64,000 bases of DNA from NCBI GenBank assembly GCA_018266575.1, contig JAFEAE010000026.1, positions 3,777 to 67,776 on the forward strand, in the 5' to 3' direction. The translations under genes and the position numbers were made by a program. The stretch's first letter is position 1. Each line of letters begins with the position of its first letter. Below, one piece after another: positions 54,196 through 64,000 of this stretch. The notes under the pieces were generated by a model, which saw only the letters and a program-made list of their open reading frames with translations, was not told the origin of the DNA and did no database searches. Source of the stretch: Bacteroidota bacterium (GTDB lineage Bacteria > Bacteroidota > Bacteroidia > Chitinophagales > Chitinophagaceae).

Positions 54196-54361
54196 AAGCA
54201 ATCGTTACTTAGATGATGAAAAAGAATGATAAACTCCGGTGGATTTTATGCGGAAATATAGTTCATTCTTTCAGTGGCACAAAAAAACCCGGAAGAAAAA
54301 TTTCCGGGTTTTACAAATGTCAAAACAACGCTTATAATTACTGGTTGTTTATTAGCATTTT

Positions 54362-54991
54362 TTATACATTAATGAACAAATGTTCTTTCTGCCTTCTTAC
54401 TTTTTTGACTGAAGCCAATGGGTCCTTTTCTTTATCGCGGTAACCAAGCGCCAGTATTACTGTGCTGCGCAATCCTTTTTCTTTCAGGTTTAATATTTCA
54501 TCAAACCGATCGGGGTTGAACCCTTCCATCGGCGTTGTATCAATGCGCATCTCGGCTGCTGCTGCCAATGCGGTTCCTAAAGCAATGTACACCTGGCGGG
54601 ATGCCCATTTCAAATTATCTTCCTGTGAGCGTGACAACCGGTTTTTCTTCAGGCTGTTTTCAAATTGCGCAAGGTTTTCAACCGGAACATTTCTTTCTGT
54701 TGCTATCAGGTTCATGTATTCATCGATCTTTTCAGCCGTTGTATTCTCCCATGCAGCAAATACAAGCAGGTGTGAAGATTCGGTGATCTGCGGCTGATTA
54801 TTAGCTGCCGCCTGCAATGTTTTTCTCACTTCAGGGTCTTCTACAATTACTACTGAATATGGCTGCAAACCTGCCGATGATGCAGACAGGCGTATTGCTT
54901 CTAAAATATAATCCAATTTATCCTGCGGGATCTTTTCCCCGGTCATTCTTTTTGCGGCATAGCGCCAGTTGAGATGTTTTACGAGTTCCAT
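54362..54991 (-). CDS. NAD(P)H nitroreductase-family oxidoreductase
   Basis: HLNWRYAAKRMTGEKIPQDKLDYILEAIRLSASSAGLQPY and the C-terminal GYRD pattern. Confidence 0.85.
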   Translation of the reverse strand: MELVKHLNWRYAAKRMTGEKIPQDKLDYILEAIRLSASSAGLQPYSVVIVEDPEVRKTLQAAANNQPQITESSHLLVFAAWENTTAEKIDEYMNLIATERNVPVENLAQFENSLKKNRLSRSQEDNLKWASRQVYIALGTALAAAAEMRIDTTPMEGFNPDRFDEILNLKEKGLRSTVILALGYRDKEKDPLASVKKVRRQKEHLFINV

Positions 54992-55111
54992 ATTGTTCTG
55001 ATTTTTTGAATGATTATGTTTTACAGATACAAATTTCCGTATATTTGCTATACATTATATATCGATATACGATAGTATATCAGTATACTAAAAGAAACCA
55101 AATTGATTACT

Positions 55112-55456
55112 ATGCAAATACATGACAAAGGGGAATGCAAAAAGAATATGCTGCCGGTGCGGGATGCGCTTGACATACTGAGTGGCAAATGGAAACTGCC
55201 CGTTATCATTGCTTTAACATTCGGCAATAAACGTTTTAAGGAAATGCAGCGTGAAATTGATGGCATTACTGCAAAAATGCTTTCAAAGGAATTAAAAGAA
55301 CTGGAGATGAACCAGCTCGTGAAACGCACTGTATATGATACATTACCGGTTTCGGTAGAGTATTCCCTGACTTCTTATGGCAAATCCCTGGAAAAAGTAA
55401 TTTCAGAATTACGTGCATGGGGAATTCAGCACCGTAAAAAAGTAATGCGGGGCTGA
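55112..55456 (+). CDS. HxlR-family winged-helix transcriptional regulator
   Basis: PVRDALDILSGKWKLPVIIAL...RFKEMQREIDGITAKMLSKELKELEMNQLVKR. Divergent from the nitroreductase gene. Confidence 0.85.
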   Translation: MQIHDKGECKKNMLPVRDALDILSGKWKLPVIIALTFGNKRFKEMQREIDGITAKMLSKELKELEMNQLVKRTVYDTLPVSVEYSLTSYGKSLEKVISELRAWGIQHRKKVMRG

Positions 55457-55460
55457 AATA

Positions 55461-55533
55461 GGAAGTATGAAGTATGAGCTATGAAGTGAGAACTATCTGG
55501 TGGAATACTTCATAATTCATAGTTCCTACTTCC
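55461..55533. terminator. Heptad-word hairpin between convergent genes
   Basis: ggaagtatgaagtatgagctatgaag ... cttcataattcatagttcctacttcc. Confidence 0.55.
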
Positions 55534-55542
55534 TGCTTTTCT

Positions 55543-58479
55543 TCAGAGTAGCGCCTCATACAACACTTCAACCGGATGTAATGCTTTGCGGGATGTTCCG
55601 TCTTTGATCTGGTGGCGGCAGCTTGTTCCTGGTGCAGCAATGATTACATCCTCTGTTTGTTTTCTTACTGCAGGAAATAAAACCAACTCACCGATCTTCA
55701 TTGACAAATCATAATGTTCTTTTTCATAGCCAAATGATCCTGCCATTCCGCAACAACCCGAAGGAATGGTTGTCACTGAATAATTTTCAGGGAATGATAA
55801 TAATTTCACAGAAGGTGCGACGGATGAAAGCGCTTTCTGCTGACAATGCCCGTGCAATTGAACAGATTTTTTTTGTTTCGTGAATTGTTCTTTTTTGATA
55901 TTTCCTTTATCAATTTCTGTAGCTATGAATTCATCAATAGTGAACACATTTTTAGAAAGATTTTTAGCTGCTTCAAAATTTTCATCATCCGCCAGGTCAA
56001 TATATTCATCGCGGAAAGTAAGGATGGCAGAAGGTTCTATTCCAATTAATGGAGTTGTTTGATTGATCAATGGACCAAGCAATGAAATATTTTTGTTGAT
56101 GATCTTTTTTGCATCACGGATCAACCCTTTGGAAAGCCATGTTCTGCCACTTTCTTCATGATCGGGAATGATCACGTCATATCCCAGTTTCTCCAGCAAT
56201 AAAATACTTTTAATACCAATTTCAGTATCGTTAAAATTGGTGAATTCGTCGCAGAAAAGGTAGATCAGTCGTCGGTTGTCTGACGTCTGACGTCCGACGT
56301 CTGATCTCCGATGTCCGCTATACCATTTCTTCAACGTTGTTCTATACATTAAAGGCATTGAACGTTGCGTTGCAAATCCTGAAAACTTTTTAATGAGGTT
56401 GCCTGTGAAATTATTTTTTACAAAGAAGTTATATATGCCCGGTATCATCGCACCTAATTTCGCCGATGCGGAAAAATTCGCAATGAGTTTCGAGCGGAAC
56501 GGAACGCCGTTTGCATCATAATAATGCTGCATGAATTCCGCCTTCAACTTTGCAACATCCACATTCGAAGGGCATTCTGATTTACATCCTTTACAACTCA
56601 AACATAAATCCATGACCTCATAAATCTCTTTATTATCGAAACGATTTTCTTTTGTGGAGTTGGTAAGAAATTCACGCAAAATATTTGCACGTGCACGTGT
56701 GGTATCTTTCTCATTTCGTGTAGCCATGAACGATGGGCACATTGTTCCCCCGGATAAATGCGTTTTGCGGCAATCACCGGAGCCGTTGCATTGCTCCGCA
56801 TGTTGTAAAATATCCTGGTTGTAAAACCGAAAAAGCGTTTTGAATTCCGGGGTTTGCTGACCGGGTTTGTAACGCAGCATCGTATTCATAGGAGGCGTAT
56901 CCACAATTTTCCCCGGGTTAAAAATATTTTCCGGGTCCCAGGATCTTTTTATCTCACGGATCAACCCGTAATTTTTCTTGCCCACCATTCTTTCAATAAA
57001 TTCCCCGCGTAATCTTCCATCGCCATGTTCGCCGCTTAATGAGCCGTTATATTTTTTTACAAGTGCTGCAATTTCTTCAGCTATCGTACGGAACATTTTA
57101 TTTCCTGCTTCAGTTTTCAGATTGAGGATTGGGCGCAGGTGGATTTCCCCGGAACCTGCATGCGCATAATGCACAGAATGCAATCCGTATTTTTTTAGTA
57201 TTTCATTAAACTCGCGAATGTATTGCGGAAGATCGTTCACGTCTACAGCCGTGTCTTCAATTACAGGAACAGCTTTATCATTTCCGGGCATATTACCAAG
57301 CAATCCTAAACCCGCTTTTCGCAATGCCCATATTTTTTTGGTATCGTCGCCATACAATACCGGAAAATGATACCCCAATCCGGCTGCACGCATTTCTGCT
57401 TCTACATTTTTAGTGATCGTATCAATTTCTTCACGACTGTTTCTTGCATATTCAATCACTAAAATTGCACCGGGATCTCCCTGAACAAAAAAACGGTTTT
57501 TGCTTTGCTCTATATTTCCTTTTGTACATTCAAGAATATAATGATCGATCAATTCACTCGCACTCGGATTATATTTCAATGCGATGAGATTTGCACGTAA
57601 CGATTCATCAATGCTGTTAAAATGCACGCATAATAATCCAACTTCTTTCGGTGGAAGCGGAACTATATTTAATTTTATTTCGGTAATAAATGCCAATGTG
57701 CCTTCAGAGCCTGCAATAAGTTTACAAAAATTAAAATCTTTTTCACCGGCAGTGAACGGAGCAGAATCGAGCAACACATCTATCGCATATCCTGTATTTC
57801 TTCGTTCAACGGATTTCTTCGGATATTCTTTTCGTATCTCAACCTGGTTATCGTAATTGCTTAAAATACTTCTTACCGTTTTGTAAATATTCCCTTCGAG
57901 GTTAGTCAACTCGCATTTGCTATGAAACTCATCAATGCCAATTGTTTTAAATTCCGCATCGCTTCCGTCACTTAAAATTGCTTTTACTTCCAGCAAATGT
58001 TCACGCGTGCTTCTGTAAATAATTGAATTGCTTCCGCAGGAATTATTTCCTACCATACCACCAATCATCGCACGGTTTGCGGTAGATGTTTCAGGCCCGA
58101 ACAAAAATCCATACGGCTTCAGGAACATATTCAATTCATCACGGATAACGCCGGGCTGCACACGCACCCATTTTTCTTCTTTATTAAATTCCAGGATTTG
58201 TGTGAAATTTTTTGATACATCCACTACAATACCATTTCCTACAACTTGCCCTGCGAGCGATGTTCCTGCCGTTCTTGGGATCAGCGATGTTTTTTGCTGA
58301 TGCGCAAATGCAATTAATTTTTTTATATCATCTGTTGATTTTGGAATTGCAACAGCAAGAGGCAATTCGCGATATGCAGATGCGTCTGTTGCGTACAATG
58401 TGCGCATCGCGTCATCAAAATAGAATTCGCCTTCTAATTGGGTTGCCAATCCGCTAAGCTTGTTTGTTATTTCATTCAT
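55543..58479 (-). CDS. FAD-linked oxidase fused to (Fe-S)-binding/CCG domains (YdiJ/GlcD-GlcF-like)
   Basis: 978 aa. N-terminal FAD-binding PCMH pattern (PRTAGTSLAGQVVG), 4Fe-4S motif CLSCKGCKSECP, and a C-terminal Cys-rich CCG-like region (PSGCCGMAGSFG). Confidence 0.85.
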   Translation of the reverse strand: MNEITNKLSGLATQLEGEFYFDDAMRTLYATDASAYRELPLAVAIPKSTDDIKKLIAFAHQQKTSLIPRTAGTSLAGQVVGNGIVVDVSKNFTQILEFNKEEKWVRVQPGVIRDELNMFLKPYGFLFGPETSTANRAMIGGMVGNNSCGSNSIIYRSTREHLLEVKAILSDGSDAEFKTIGIDEFHSKCELTNLEGNIYKTVRSILSNYDNQVEIRKEYPKKSVERRNTGYAIDVLLDSAPFTAGEKDFNFCKLIAGSEGTLAFITEIKLNIVPLPPKEVGLLCVHFNSIDESLRANLIALKYNPSASELIDHYILECTKGNIEQSKNRFFVQGDPGAILVIEYARNSREEIDTITKNVEAEMRAAGLGYHFPVLYGDDTKKIWALRKAGLGLLGNMPGNDKAVPVIEDTAVDVNDLPQYIREFNEILKKYGLHSVHYAHAGSGEIHLRPILNLKTEAGNKMFRTIAEEIAALVKKYNGSLSGEHGDGRLRGEFIERMVGKKNYGLIREIKRSWDPENIFNPGKIVDTPPMNTMLRYKPGQQTPEFKTLFRFYNQDILQHAEQCNGSGDCRKTHLSGGTMCPSFMATRNEKDTTRARANILREFLTNSTKENRFDNKEIYEVMDLCLSCKGCKSECPSNVDVAKLKAEFMQHYYDANGVPFRSKLIANFSASAKLGAMIPGIYNFFVKNNFTGNLIKKFSGFATQRSMPLMYRTTLKKWYSGHRRSDVGRQTSDNRRLIYLFCDEFTNFNDTEIGIKSILLLEKLGYDVIIPDHEESGRTWLSKGLIRDAKKIINKNISLLGPLINQTTPLIGIEPSAILTFRDEYIDLADDENFEAAKNLSKNVFTIDEFIATEIDKGNIKKEQFTKQKKSVQLHGHCQQKALSSVAPSVKLLSFPENYSVTTIPSGCCGMAGSFGYEKEHYDLSMKIGELVLFPAVRKQTEDVIIAAPGTSCRHQIKDGTSRKALHPVEVLYEALL
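56278..56319 (-). repeat. Six tandem 7-nt units (gtcYgaY) embedded in-frame in the CDS
   Basis: gtctgac gtctgac gtccgac gtctgat ctccgat gtccgct = 42 nt. It encodes ...SGHRRSDVGRQTSD... in a linker of the oxidoreductase. Confidence 0.75.
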
Positions 58480-58764
58480 AATCCTGTGCTGTGAAGAGTT
58501 GCAAATTTAAGCTAATATCAGTTGTGTTTTTGAGCGATTTCTATAGCACGAATTCAGGCGAATTATTCAAATACAAATATTGCTATTAAGGATTATTATT
58601 GGCATTGAAACAGAGAAGTCCTGAAACCAGGTCCTTATATTTTTTTCGCAACCCTTCCCTGTAATTCGGAAAAATTTGTACCCTCAAACGCCCATTAATA
58701 ACATTTTGCTTTATTTTTTTACATTCACTGATTATCTTTACCCCTATTCAAAAATTTTTACTAC

Positions 58765-60999
58765 ATGAGAAGTGTCTTTTCTGTGTTTGTTATTATCACT
58801 TTACTAATAACAAACCTTTCGTTCGCACAAAGTGTTACTCCCAAGTATGACCAGCACGAAGCATTTGCACCATTATTTTATCCGTCTTATGGAGATGATA
58901 TACGTACTGCTGCAGGTACGCCGGGGCCAAAATACTGGCAAAATTCGGCAAGCTACAAGATCAACGCAACGCTTGATGATGTGAATCATTCTATCACCGG
59001 CACTGTTATTATTTCTTATAAAAATAACAGCACGGAAAAATTGCCTTTCCTGTGGCTGCAATTGGACCAGAATATTTATAACCTGAAATCAAGGGCCGTT
59101 GCAGCAACAGCTATCAGCGGCGGACGTTGGGCAAATAGAAATTTCGACGGCGGTTATGATATTAAATCTGTAAAAATAATTTCCGGGAAAAAAGAAGAGA
59201 ATGCGGACTATCTCATTAACGATACGAGGATGCAGATCAAATTAGCGAAACCGGTTAAAGCAAATGGCGATTCAATACGAATTAAAATTGATTATTCATT
59301 CAGCATTCCTGAATATGGTACTGACCGTATGGGAAGATTAAAAACAAAAAGTGGCGACTGGATCTACGAAATTGCACAATGGTACCCCCGCATGTGCGTA
59401 TTTGATAATGTGCTGGGCTGGAATACCCTTCCTTATTTAGGCCAGGGGGAATTTTACCTGGAATATGGCGATTTCGATTTCAGCATCACCACATCAGCAA
59501 AAGAAATTGTTGTTGCTTCCGGTGAATTACAAAATCCAACTGATGTATTAACAGCAGAACAAATCAAGCGATTGAAAGAAGCAAGAGAAAGTGATAAGAC
59601 CGTAATGATCCGTTCGGAAAATGAAGTGAATGATCCGTCAACACGCCCGGCAAAAGATAAAATCACCTGGAAATTTAAAATTAAAAATGCACGCGACGTA
59701 GCATGGGCCGCATCAAAAGCATTTGTGTGGGATGCAGCAAGGGTGAATTTACCAAGTGGTAAAAAAACATTGGCGATGTCTGTGTATCCCGTAGAAAGCG
59801 CAACAGAGCAGGGCTGGAAACGATCGACAGAATTTGTGAAAGGATGCCTTGAACATTATTCAAAGCAATGGTTTGAATTTCCATATCCTGTTGCAACAAA
59901 CGTTGCAGGAATTGTTGGTGGTATGGAATACCCGGGAATTGTTTTCTGCTCTTCAGGTGCACGTGCCGGAGGTTTATGGGGAGTAACAAGCCATGAATTT
60001 GGCCACACCTGGTTCCCGATGATCGTAGGCAGCAACGAACGAAAATATCCATGGATGGATGAAGGTTTTAATACGTTCATTAATTCTGTTGCAGACAAAG
60101 CATTTAACAACGGCGAATTTTACAATGCAAAAATCAACAGGCATAGCACAGCAAGATTCATGTTCGGGGAAAAATCAGAAAGCATCATGACTGTTCCTGA
60201 TGTTACTGCCGCAATGAACCTGGGAACAAATGCATATCGCAAACCCGGCATGGGACTTGAATTATTACGCGAAGAAATTTTAGGTGAAGACCGTTTTGAT
60301 GCTGCGTTCCGTTATTACATAAACAACTGGGCATATAAACATCCTACACCCTGGGATTTTTTCCATGCAATTGAAAATTACAGCGGAGAAAACCTGGATT
60401 GGTTTTGGAGAGGATGGTTCCTGAATAACTGGAAAGTTGACCAGGCGGTGAAATCCGTTGAATACATTAACGGGGATTCTACAAAAGGTGCAATTATTAC
60501 CATTGAAAATATCGGACAGTTACCGATGCCTGTTACTGCTGAAATCAAACAAGCAAATGGAAAAACAGAACGAGTGAAATTACCTGTTGAAATATGGCAA
60601 CATGGAAGTAGCTGGAAATTCAAATACAATTCGACAGATAAGATAACTGATGTTACAATTGATCCCGATAAACGTTTGCCAGATGTTAACGATACGAACA
60701 ATAGTTTGGATACAGCGAACAAAACAACATCAACTTTAGACCCGAAAACAATTGAACAATATGTTGGCACTTATACAAGCACCCAAAGTTCATTGAAAGC
60801 GGTGATCAAAAGTGAAAATAATGTATTAATGATTGAAGCAGTAGGGCAAGGATCTTTTCAGATGACCCCGGTTGGAAAAGATAAATTCGAATTGGAAGAT
60901 GGACAGGTAACGATCGAATTTCACCCGGAAAAAAATGAATTTGTATTGACAGAGAATGACAGACATTTGTTGTTTACGAAAGAGAAACATCCTTTTTAG
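58765..60999 (+). CDS. M1-family zinc metallopeptidase (secreted)
   Basis: Signal peptide. HEFGHTWF followed 18 residues later by the E of WMDEGF (HExxH-x18-E). Confidence 0.9.
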   Translation: MRSVFSVFVIITLLITNLSFAQSVTPKYDQHEAFAPLFYPSYGDDIRTAAGTPGPKYWQNSASYKINATLDDVNHSITGTVIISYKNNSTEKLPFLWLQLDQNIYNLKSRAVAATAISGGRWANRNFDGGYDIKSVKIISGKKEENADYLINDTRMQIKLAKPVKANGDSIRIKIDYSFSIPEYGTDRMGRLKTKSGDWIYEIAQWYPRMCVFDNVLGWNTLPYLGQGEFYLEYGDFDFSITTSAKEIVVASGELQNPTDVLTAEQIKRLKEARESDKTVMIRSENEVNDPSTRPAKDKITWKFKIKNARDVAWAASKAFVWDAARVNLPSGKKTLAMSVYPVESATEQGWKRSTEFVKGCLEHYSKQWFEFPYPVATNVAGIVGGMEYPGIVFCSSGARAGGLWGVTSHEFGHTWFPMIVGSNERKYPWMDEGFNTFINSVADKAFNNGEFYNAKINRHSTARFMFGEKSESIMTVPDVTAAMNLGTNAYRKPGMGLELLREEILGEDRFDAAFRYYINNWAYKHPTPWDFFHAIENYSGENLDWFWRGWFLNNWKVDQAVKSVEYINGDSTKGAIITIENIGQLPMPVTAEIKQANGKTERVKLPVEIWQHGSSWKFKYNSTDKITDVTIDPDKRLPDVNDTNNSLDTANKTTSTLDPKTIEQYVGTYTSTQSSLKAVIKSENNVLMIEAVGQGSFQMTPVGKDKFELEDGQVTIEFHPEKNEFVLTENDRHLLFTKEKHPF

Positions 61000-61005
61000 T
61001 GAGCA

Positions 61006-61065
61006 GTAAACAGTGAGCAGTAAGCAGTCTTAAATTTTAAGCACCGTTTACTGCTCACTGTTTAC
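61006..61065. terminator. Bidirectional heptad-word hairpin terminator
   Basis: gtaaacagtgagcagtaagc ... gtttactgctcactgtttac, between convergent genes. Confidence 0.65.
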
Positions 61066-61067
61066 TT

Positions 61068-62207
61068 TTACAGTCTTGTTTTCCAAATCTCCACCTGTTG
61101 ATTTTTCCATGAAAGAAAATCACCCTGAAGGATATGTTCGCGGGCTTGTTTAACAACATGCATATAAAAAGAAAGATTGTGGACACTTGCAATCGTCAGT
61201 CCCAAAATTTCTTTCGACTTCATCAAGTGCCGTAAATATGCTTTGCTGTAATATTGGCTCGCTTCACAATCAATGCCATCATCAATGGGGGAAAAATCTT
61301 TCTCCCATTTTTTATTATCAATGTTGATCACACCTTTTGATGTAAACAACATTGCATTTCTTCCGTTACGCGTTGGCATCACGCAATCAAACATATCAAC
61401 TCCTAATGCGATACATTCTAAAATATTCCAGGGCGTACCGACACCCATCAGGTAACGCGGTTTTTCCACCGGCAGGTTATCACAACACAATTCACACATT
61501 TCGTATAATTGTTCATCAGGTTCACCAACACTTAGTCCGCCAATTGCATTGCCCGTTGCATTTTTTGAAGACACGAACTGGCACGAATTGATACGAAGGT
61601 CTTTGAATGTGCTTCCCTGCACAATCGGAAAAAGGTTTTGCGTATAACCATACTTGTTAGTTGTGTTATTGAATCTTTCAAAGCACCTGTCCAACCATCG
61701 ATGCGTGAGCTCCATCGATTTTTTTGCATAAGAATATTCACTGGGATATGGTGGGCATTCATCAAATGCCATTATTATATCGGCACCTATCGAACGCTGA
61801 ATATCCATTACATTTTCAGGAGAAAATAAATGTTTCGATCCATCGATATGCGATTGAAACCAAACTCCTTCTTCTGTAATTTTCCTTGTTCCTGCCAACG
61901 AAAAAACCTGGTAACCGCCGCTATCCGTTAATATCGGTCTATCCCATCCATTAAATTGATGTAAACCGCCGGCAGCTTCAAGTACTTCAATTCCGGGGCG
62001 CAGATACAAATGATACGTGTTGCCTAAAATAATTTGAGCCTTTACATCTTCTTTCAGTTGTTGTTGTGTAACAGCTTTAACACTGCCAACAGTTCCGACA
62101 GGCATAAAGATGGGCGTTACTATTTCTCCATGATCCGTTGTGATTTTTCCGGCCCTTGCTTTTGAATTATTGTCGGTAGCTGTAAGTTGAAACGATAATG
62201 CAGGCAT
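61068..62207 (-). CDS. tgt: tRNA-guanine(34) transglycosylase
   Basis: TPIFMPVGT, ILGNTYHL, LTDSGGYQVFS, GLSVGE and the Zn-site region CxC...C..H pattern. Confidence 0.95.
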   Translation of the reverse strand: MPALSFQLTATDNNSKARAGKITTDHGEIVTPIFMPVGTVGSVKAVTQQQLKEDVKAQIILGNTYHLYLRPGIEVLEAAGGLHQFNGWDRPILTDSGGYQVFSLAGTRKITEEGVWFQSHIDGSKHLFSPENVMDIQRSIGADIIMAFDECPPYPSEYSYAKKSMELTHRWLDRCFERFNNTTNKYGYTQNLFPIVQGSTFKDLRINSCQFVSSKNATGNAIGGLSVGEPDEQLYEMCELCCDNLPVEKPRYLMGVGTPWNILECIALGVDMFDCVMPTRNGRNAMLFTSKGVINIDNKKWEKDFSPIDDGIDCEASQYYSKAYLRHLMKSKEILGLTIASVHNLSFYMHVVKQAREHILQGDFLSWKNQQVEIWKTRL

Positions 62208-62345
62208 AAAGTGCGCAAGATACAGTATTCGGTCGTCAGTCGATAGTAGTCGGTCCTCAGACGACCGATAACTGGCAACGGCTCAGATTTTCTTCTTACA
62301 TTCGCGCTTGTGCATCATTATTGATGCATAAACCAGGACACGCTT

Positions 62346-63479
62346 ATGGAAATACTCAAACCCTATTTTCACCTACCTATACTATTGTTTATTTTATTTT
62401 GTCTGATCACATTCATCCAATTATTTTATTACGGATGGTTTTTCCGGCGCTTTGCTTTTTTCAAACCACGTACTAAGGATAAATCACAACAACATCCTGT
62501 TAGCGTAATTATCTGTGCAAGAGATGAAGCCGGTAACCTGTCTATGAATTTACCGGGATCGCTCGTACAAAAATATCCAAGCACGCATGAGATCATTGTT
62601 GTGAACCATAACAGCCAGGATGATACACGTTATTTACTGGATGAATTCAAAAAAACATTCAAAGGGTTGCATATTGTAACGCTTATACATGAAGCAATCG
62701 GGATACCCGGGAAAAAATATCCGCTATCGATGGGCATCAAGGAAGCCGAACATGAAATATTATTGCTTACTGATGCTGATTGTGTTCCCGCAAGTGAATT
62801 CTGGATACAAAAAATGCAGGATGGTTATGATGATAATATAGAGATCGTCCTGGGTTATGGCGCTTATCATAAAAAACCCGGATCTTTGAATAAACTGATT
62901 CGCTTCGAAACATTTCATTCAGCGCTTCAGTATTTATCGTATGCGCTTGCAGGTATTCCTTACATGGGCGTTGGCAGAAATCTTTCTTATAAAAAAAATT
63001 TATTCCTCCGCAACAAGGGTTTTTCTTCCATTAATCATCTGCCGGGCGGCGATGATGATCTTTTTATTAATCTCGTTGCAACAAAGAACAACACGAATAT
63101 TGTTATTGACCCGGAAGCTTTCACACTTTCCAATCCGAAAAAAAAATTCGGTGATTGGATGCGGCAGAAAACAAGGCATTATACTACAGGCAAATATTAT
63201 AAACCGAAAATAAAATTTTTGTTAGGTTTATATTCTTCAACTCATTTTCTATTTTATCCGTTATTTATTACAAGCCTGATTTTATTTAACTGGAAATATG
63301 TACTGCCAGTATTTGCACTTCGATTGATTGTACAGGGATTTATTTATTACAGATCGATGAAAAAATTAAACGAAGGTGATTTGTTTGCATGGTGGTGGTT
63401 GTTCGATATCTGGATGTTTTTGTATTACATCATCTTTTTACCTGCATTATGGAAAAAACCACGCCCAACCTGGAACTGA
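62346..63479 (+). CDS. Family 2 glycosyltransferase with C-terminal TM segments
   Basis: VSVIICARDEAGNL, LLLTDADCVP (DxD) and the GGDDDLF region. TM helices at both ends. Confidence 0.8.
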   Translation: MEILKPYFHLPILLFILFCLITFIQLFYYGWFFRRFAFFKPRTKDKSQQHPVSVIICARDEAGNLSMNLPGSLVQKYPSTHEIIVVNHNSQDDTRYLLDEFKKTFKGLHIVTLIHEAIGIPGKKYPLSMGIKEAEHEILLLTDADCVPASEFWIQKMQDGYDDNIEIVLGYGAYHKKPGSLNKLIRFETFHSALQYLSYALAGIPYMGVGRNLSYKKNLFLRNKGFSSINHLPGGDDDLFINLVATKNNTNIVIDPEAFTLSNPKKKFGDWMRQKTRHYTTGKYYKPKIKFLLGLYSSTHFLFYPLFITSLILFNWKYVLPVFALRLIVQGFIYYRSMKKLNEGDLFAWWWLFDIWMFLYYIIFLPALWKKPRPTWN

Positions 63480-64000
63480 TAAAAAAATATTTTACCGATT
63501 TCACTGCACAACAATGGGAGCAGTTTTCTGCATTGTATGATTTATATAAAGACTGGAATGAAAAGATAAATGTAGTTTCCAGGAAAGACATTGATAGTTT
63601 ATATGAGAAGCATGTATTGCATTCATTGAGTATTGCTGCTGTTTATGATTTCGCAAAAGATATGACGGTAATTGATATTGGCACCGGCGGTGGTTTTCCC
63701 GGAATACCGTTAGCGATTTTCTTTCCGGAAGCACAATTTCATTTGGTTGATAGTATTGGCAAGAAAATTAAAGTGGTAGATGTGATAGCCCAATCCATTA
63801 ACCTGAAAAATGTAACCACACAACATACACGTGCCGAAGAAATAAAGAACAGGAAATTTGATGTTGCTGTATCGAGGGCTGTAGCGCCGTTAAGAGAATT
63901 GTGGAATTGGGCGAAACCTTTGCTTTCCAAAAAAAATTATCATTCATTACTCTCAGAAGAAGATCGGAATATCCCATCAGGGTTGATTTGCCTAAAGGGT
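63449..64000 (+). CDS. rsmG: 16S rRNA (guanine527-N7)-methyltransferase, 3' end beyond window
   Basis: Not in the track (no stop inside the window). The ATG at 63449 gives MEKTTPNLELIKKYFTDFTAQQWEQFSALYDLYKDWNEKINVVSRKDIDSLYEKHVLHSL...VIDIGTGGGFPGIPLAI (SAM motif). Overlaps the GT2 3' end by 31 nt. Confidence 0.85.
   Translation, partial: MEKTTPNLELIKKYFTDFTAQQWEQFSALYDLYKDWNEKINVVSRKDIDSLYEKHVLHSLSIAAVYDFAKDMTVIDIGTGGGFPGIPLAIFFPEAQFHLVDSIGKKIKVVDVIAQSINLKNVTTQHTRAEEIKNRKFDVAVSRAVAPLRELWNWAKPLLSKKNYHSLLSEEDRNIPSGLICLKG

Noticed and set aside
1-64000. CRISPR arrays, tRNA genes, rRNA genes
   Set aside because: I found no regularly spaced identical repeats of 25-40 nt with unique spacers; the tandem repeats present have 7-nt units. 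I saw no tRNA-like T-arm/acceptor signatures (e.g. GGTTCGAATCC-type) and no rRNA-like conserved blocks. A covariance-model scan (tRNAscan-SE/Infernal) would be needed for certainty.

Overview
This 64-kb chromosomal window reads as Bacteroidota, probably a Chitinophagales/Sphingobacteriales-like genome. The basis is a SusC/SusD pair, TAnnTTTG-type -7 boxes just upstream of several starts, and sigma-54-dependent kdp regulators. About 50 genes are supportable. Left to right: a tyrosine recombinase cut by the window edge; a GH116-like hydrolase; an amidohydrolase broken by an in-frame TAA; a MarR-MFS pair; an RRM RNA-binding protein; and a class-A-beta-lactamase-like hydrolase. The 3' end of that hydrolase gene is duplicated 1.9 kb downstream, bracketing an RNase H1-like gene and a Panacea(DUF4065)-antitoxin/RelE-like toxin pair. 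Next come an AT-rich Vsr / C-protein / C5-methyltransferase / endonuclease type II R-M operon; a secreted protein with a Gly/Trp/Tyr tail; a secreted ADP-ribosylglycohydrolase-like protein plus GH2; a signal-less SNase-like nuclease divergent from a histone-H1-like-tailed protein; and an aquaporin. An expanded kdp locus follows: two paralogous sigma-54 response regulators, a porin-like barrel, an ACP-like protein, kdpFABC, a KdpD-N/USP sensor and a histidine kinase. The rest is a Cys-motif YHS/OM-barrel trio; a NUDIX (NrtR/AraR-like) regulator + HAD + SusC/SusD + S9 peptidase + SSS symporter; nitroreductase/HxlR; a large FAD/Fe-S oxidoreductase; an M1 peptidase; tgt; a GT2; and rsmG running off the right edge. 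I recognised no rRNA, tRNA or CRISPR array. The non-coding DNA is unusually structured. At least four dispersed repeat families are present, and many intergenic hairpins are built from 7-nt periodic words; one such heptamer array sits in-frame inside a CDS. The best candidates for something new are: (i) the stacked immunity patch at 9.8-15.1 kb with its insertion scar; (ii) a ~125-nt element found in the same orientation upstream of both the R-M operon and the H1-like gene; (iii) the cytoplasmic SNase-like / H1-like gene pair; (iv) the two-regulator kdp circuit, whose palindromes sit at identical spacing from sigma-54-like promoters. All functional calls come from reading motifs by eye. No database or folding computation was possible, and hand-derived coordinates of non-ORF features may be off by 1-2 nt.
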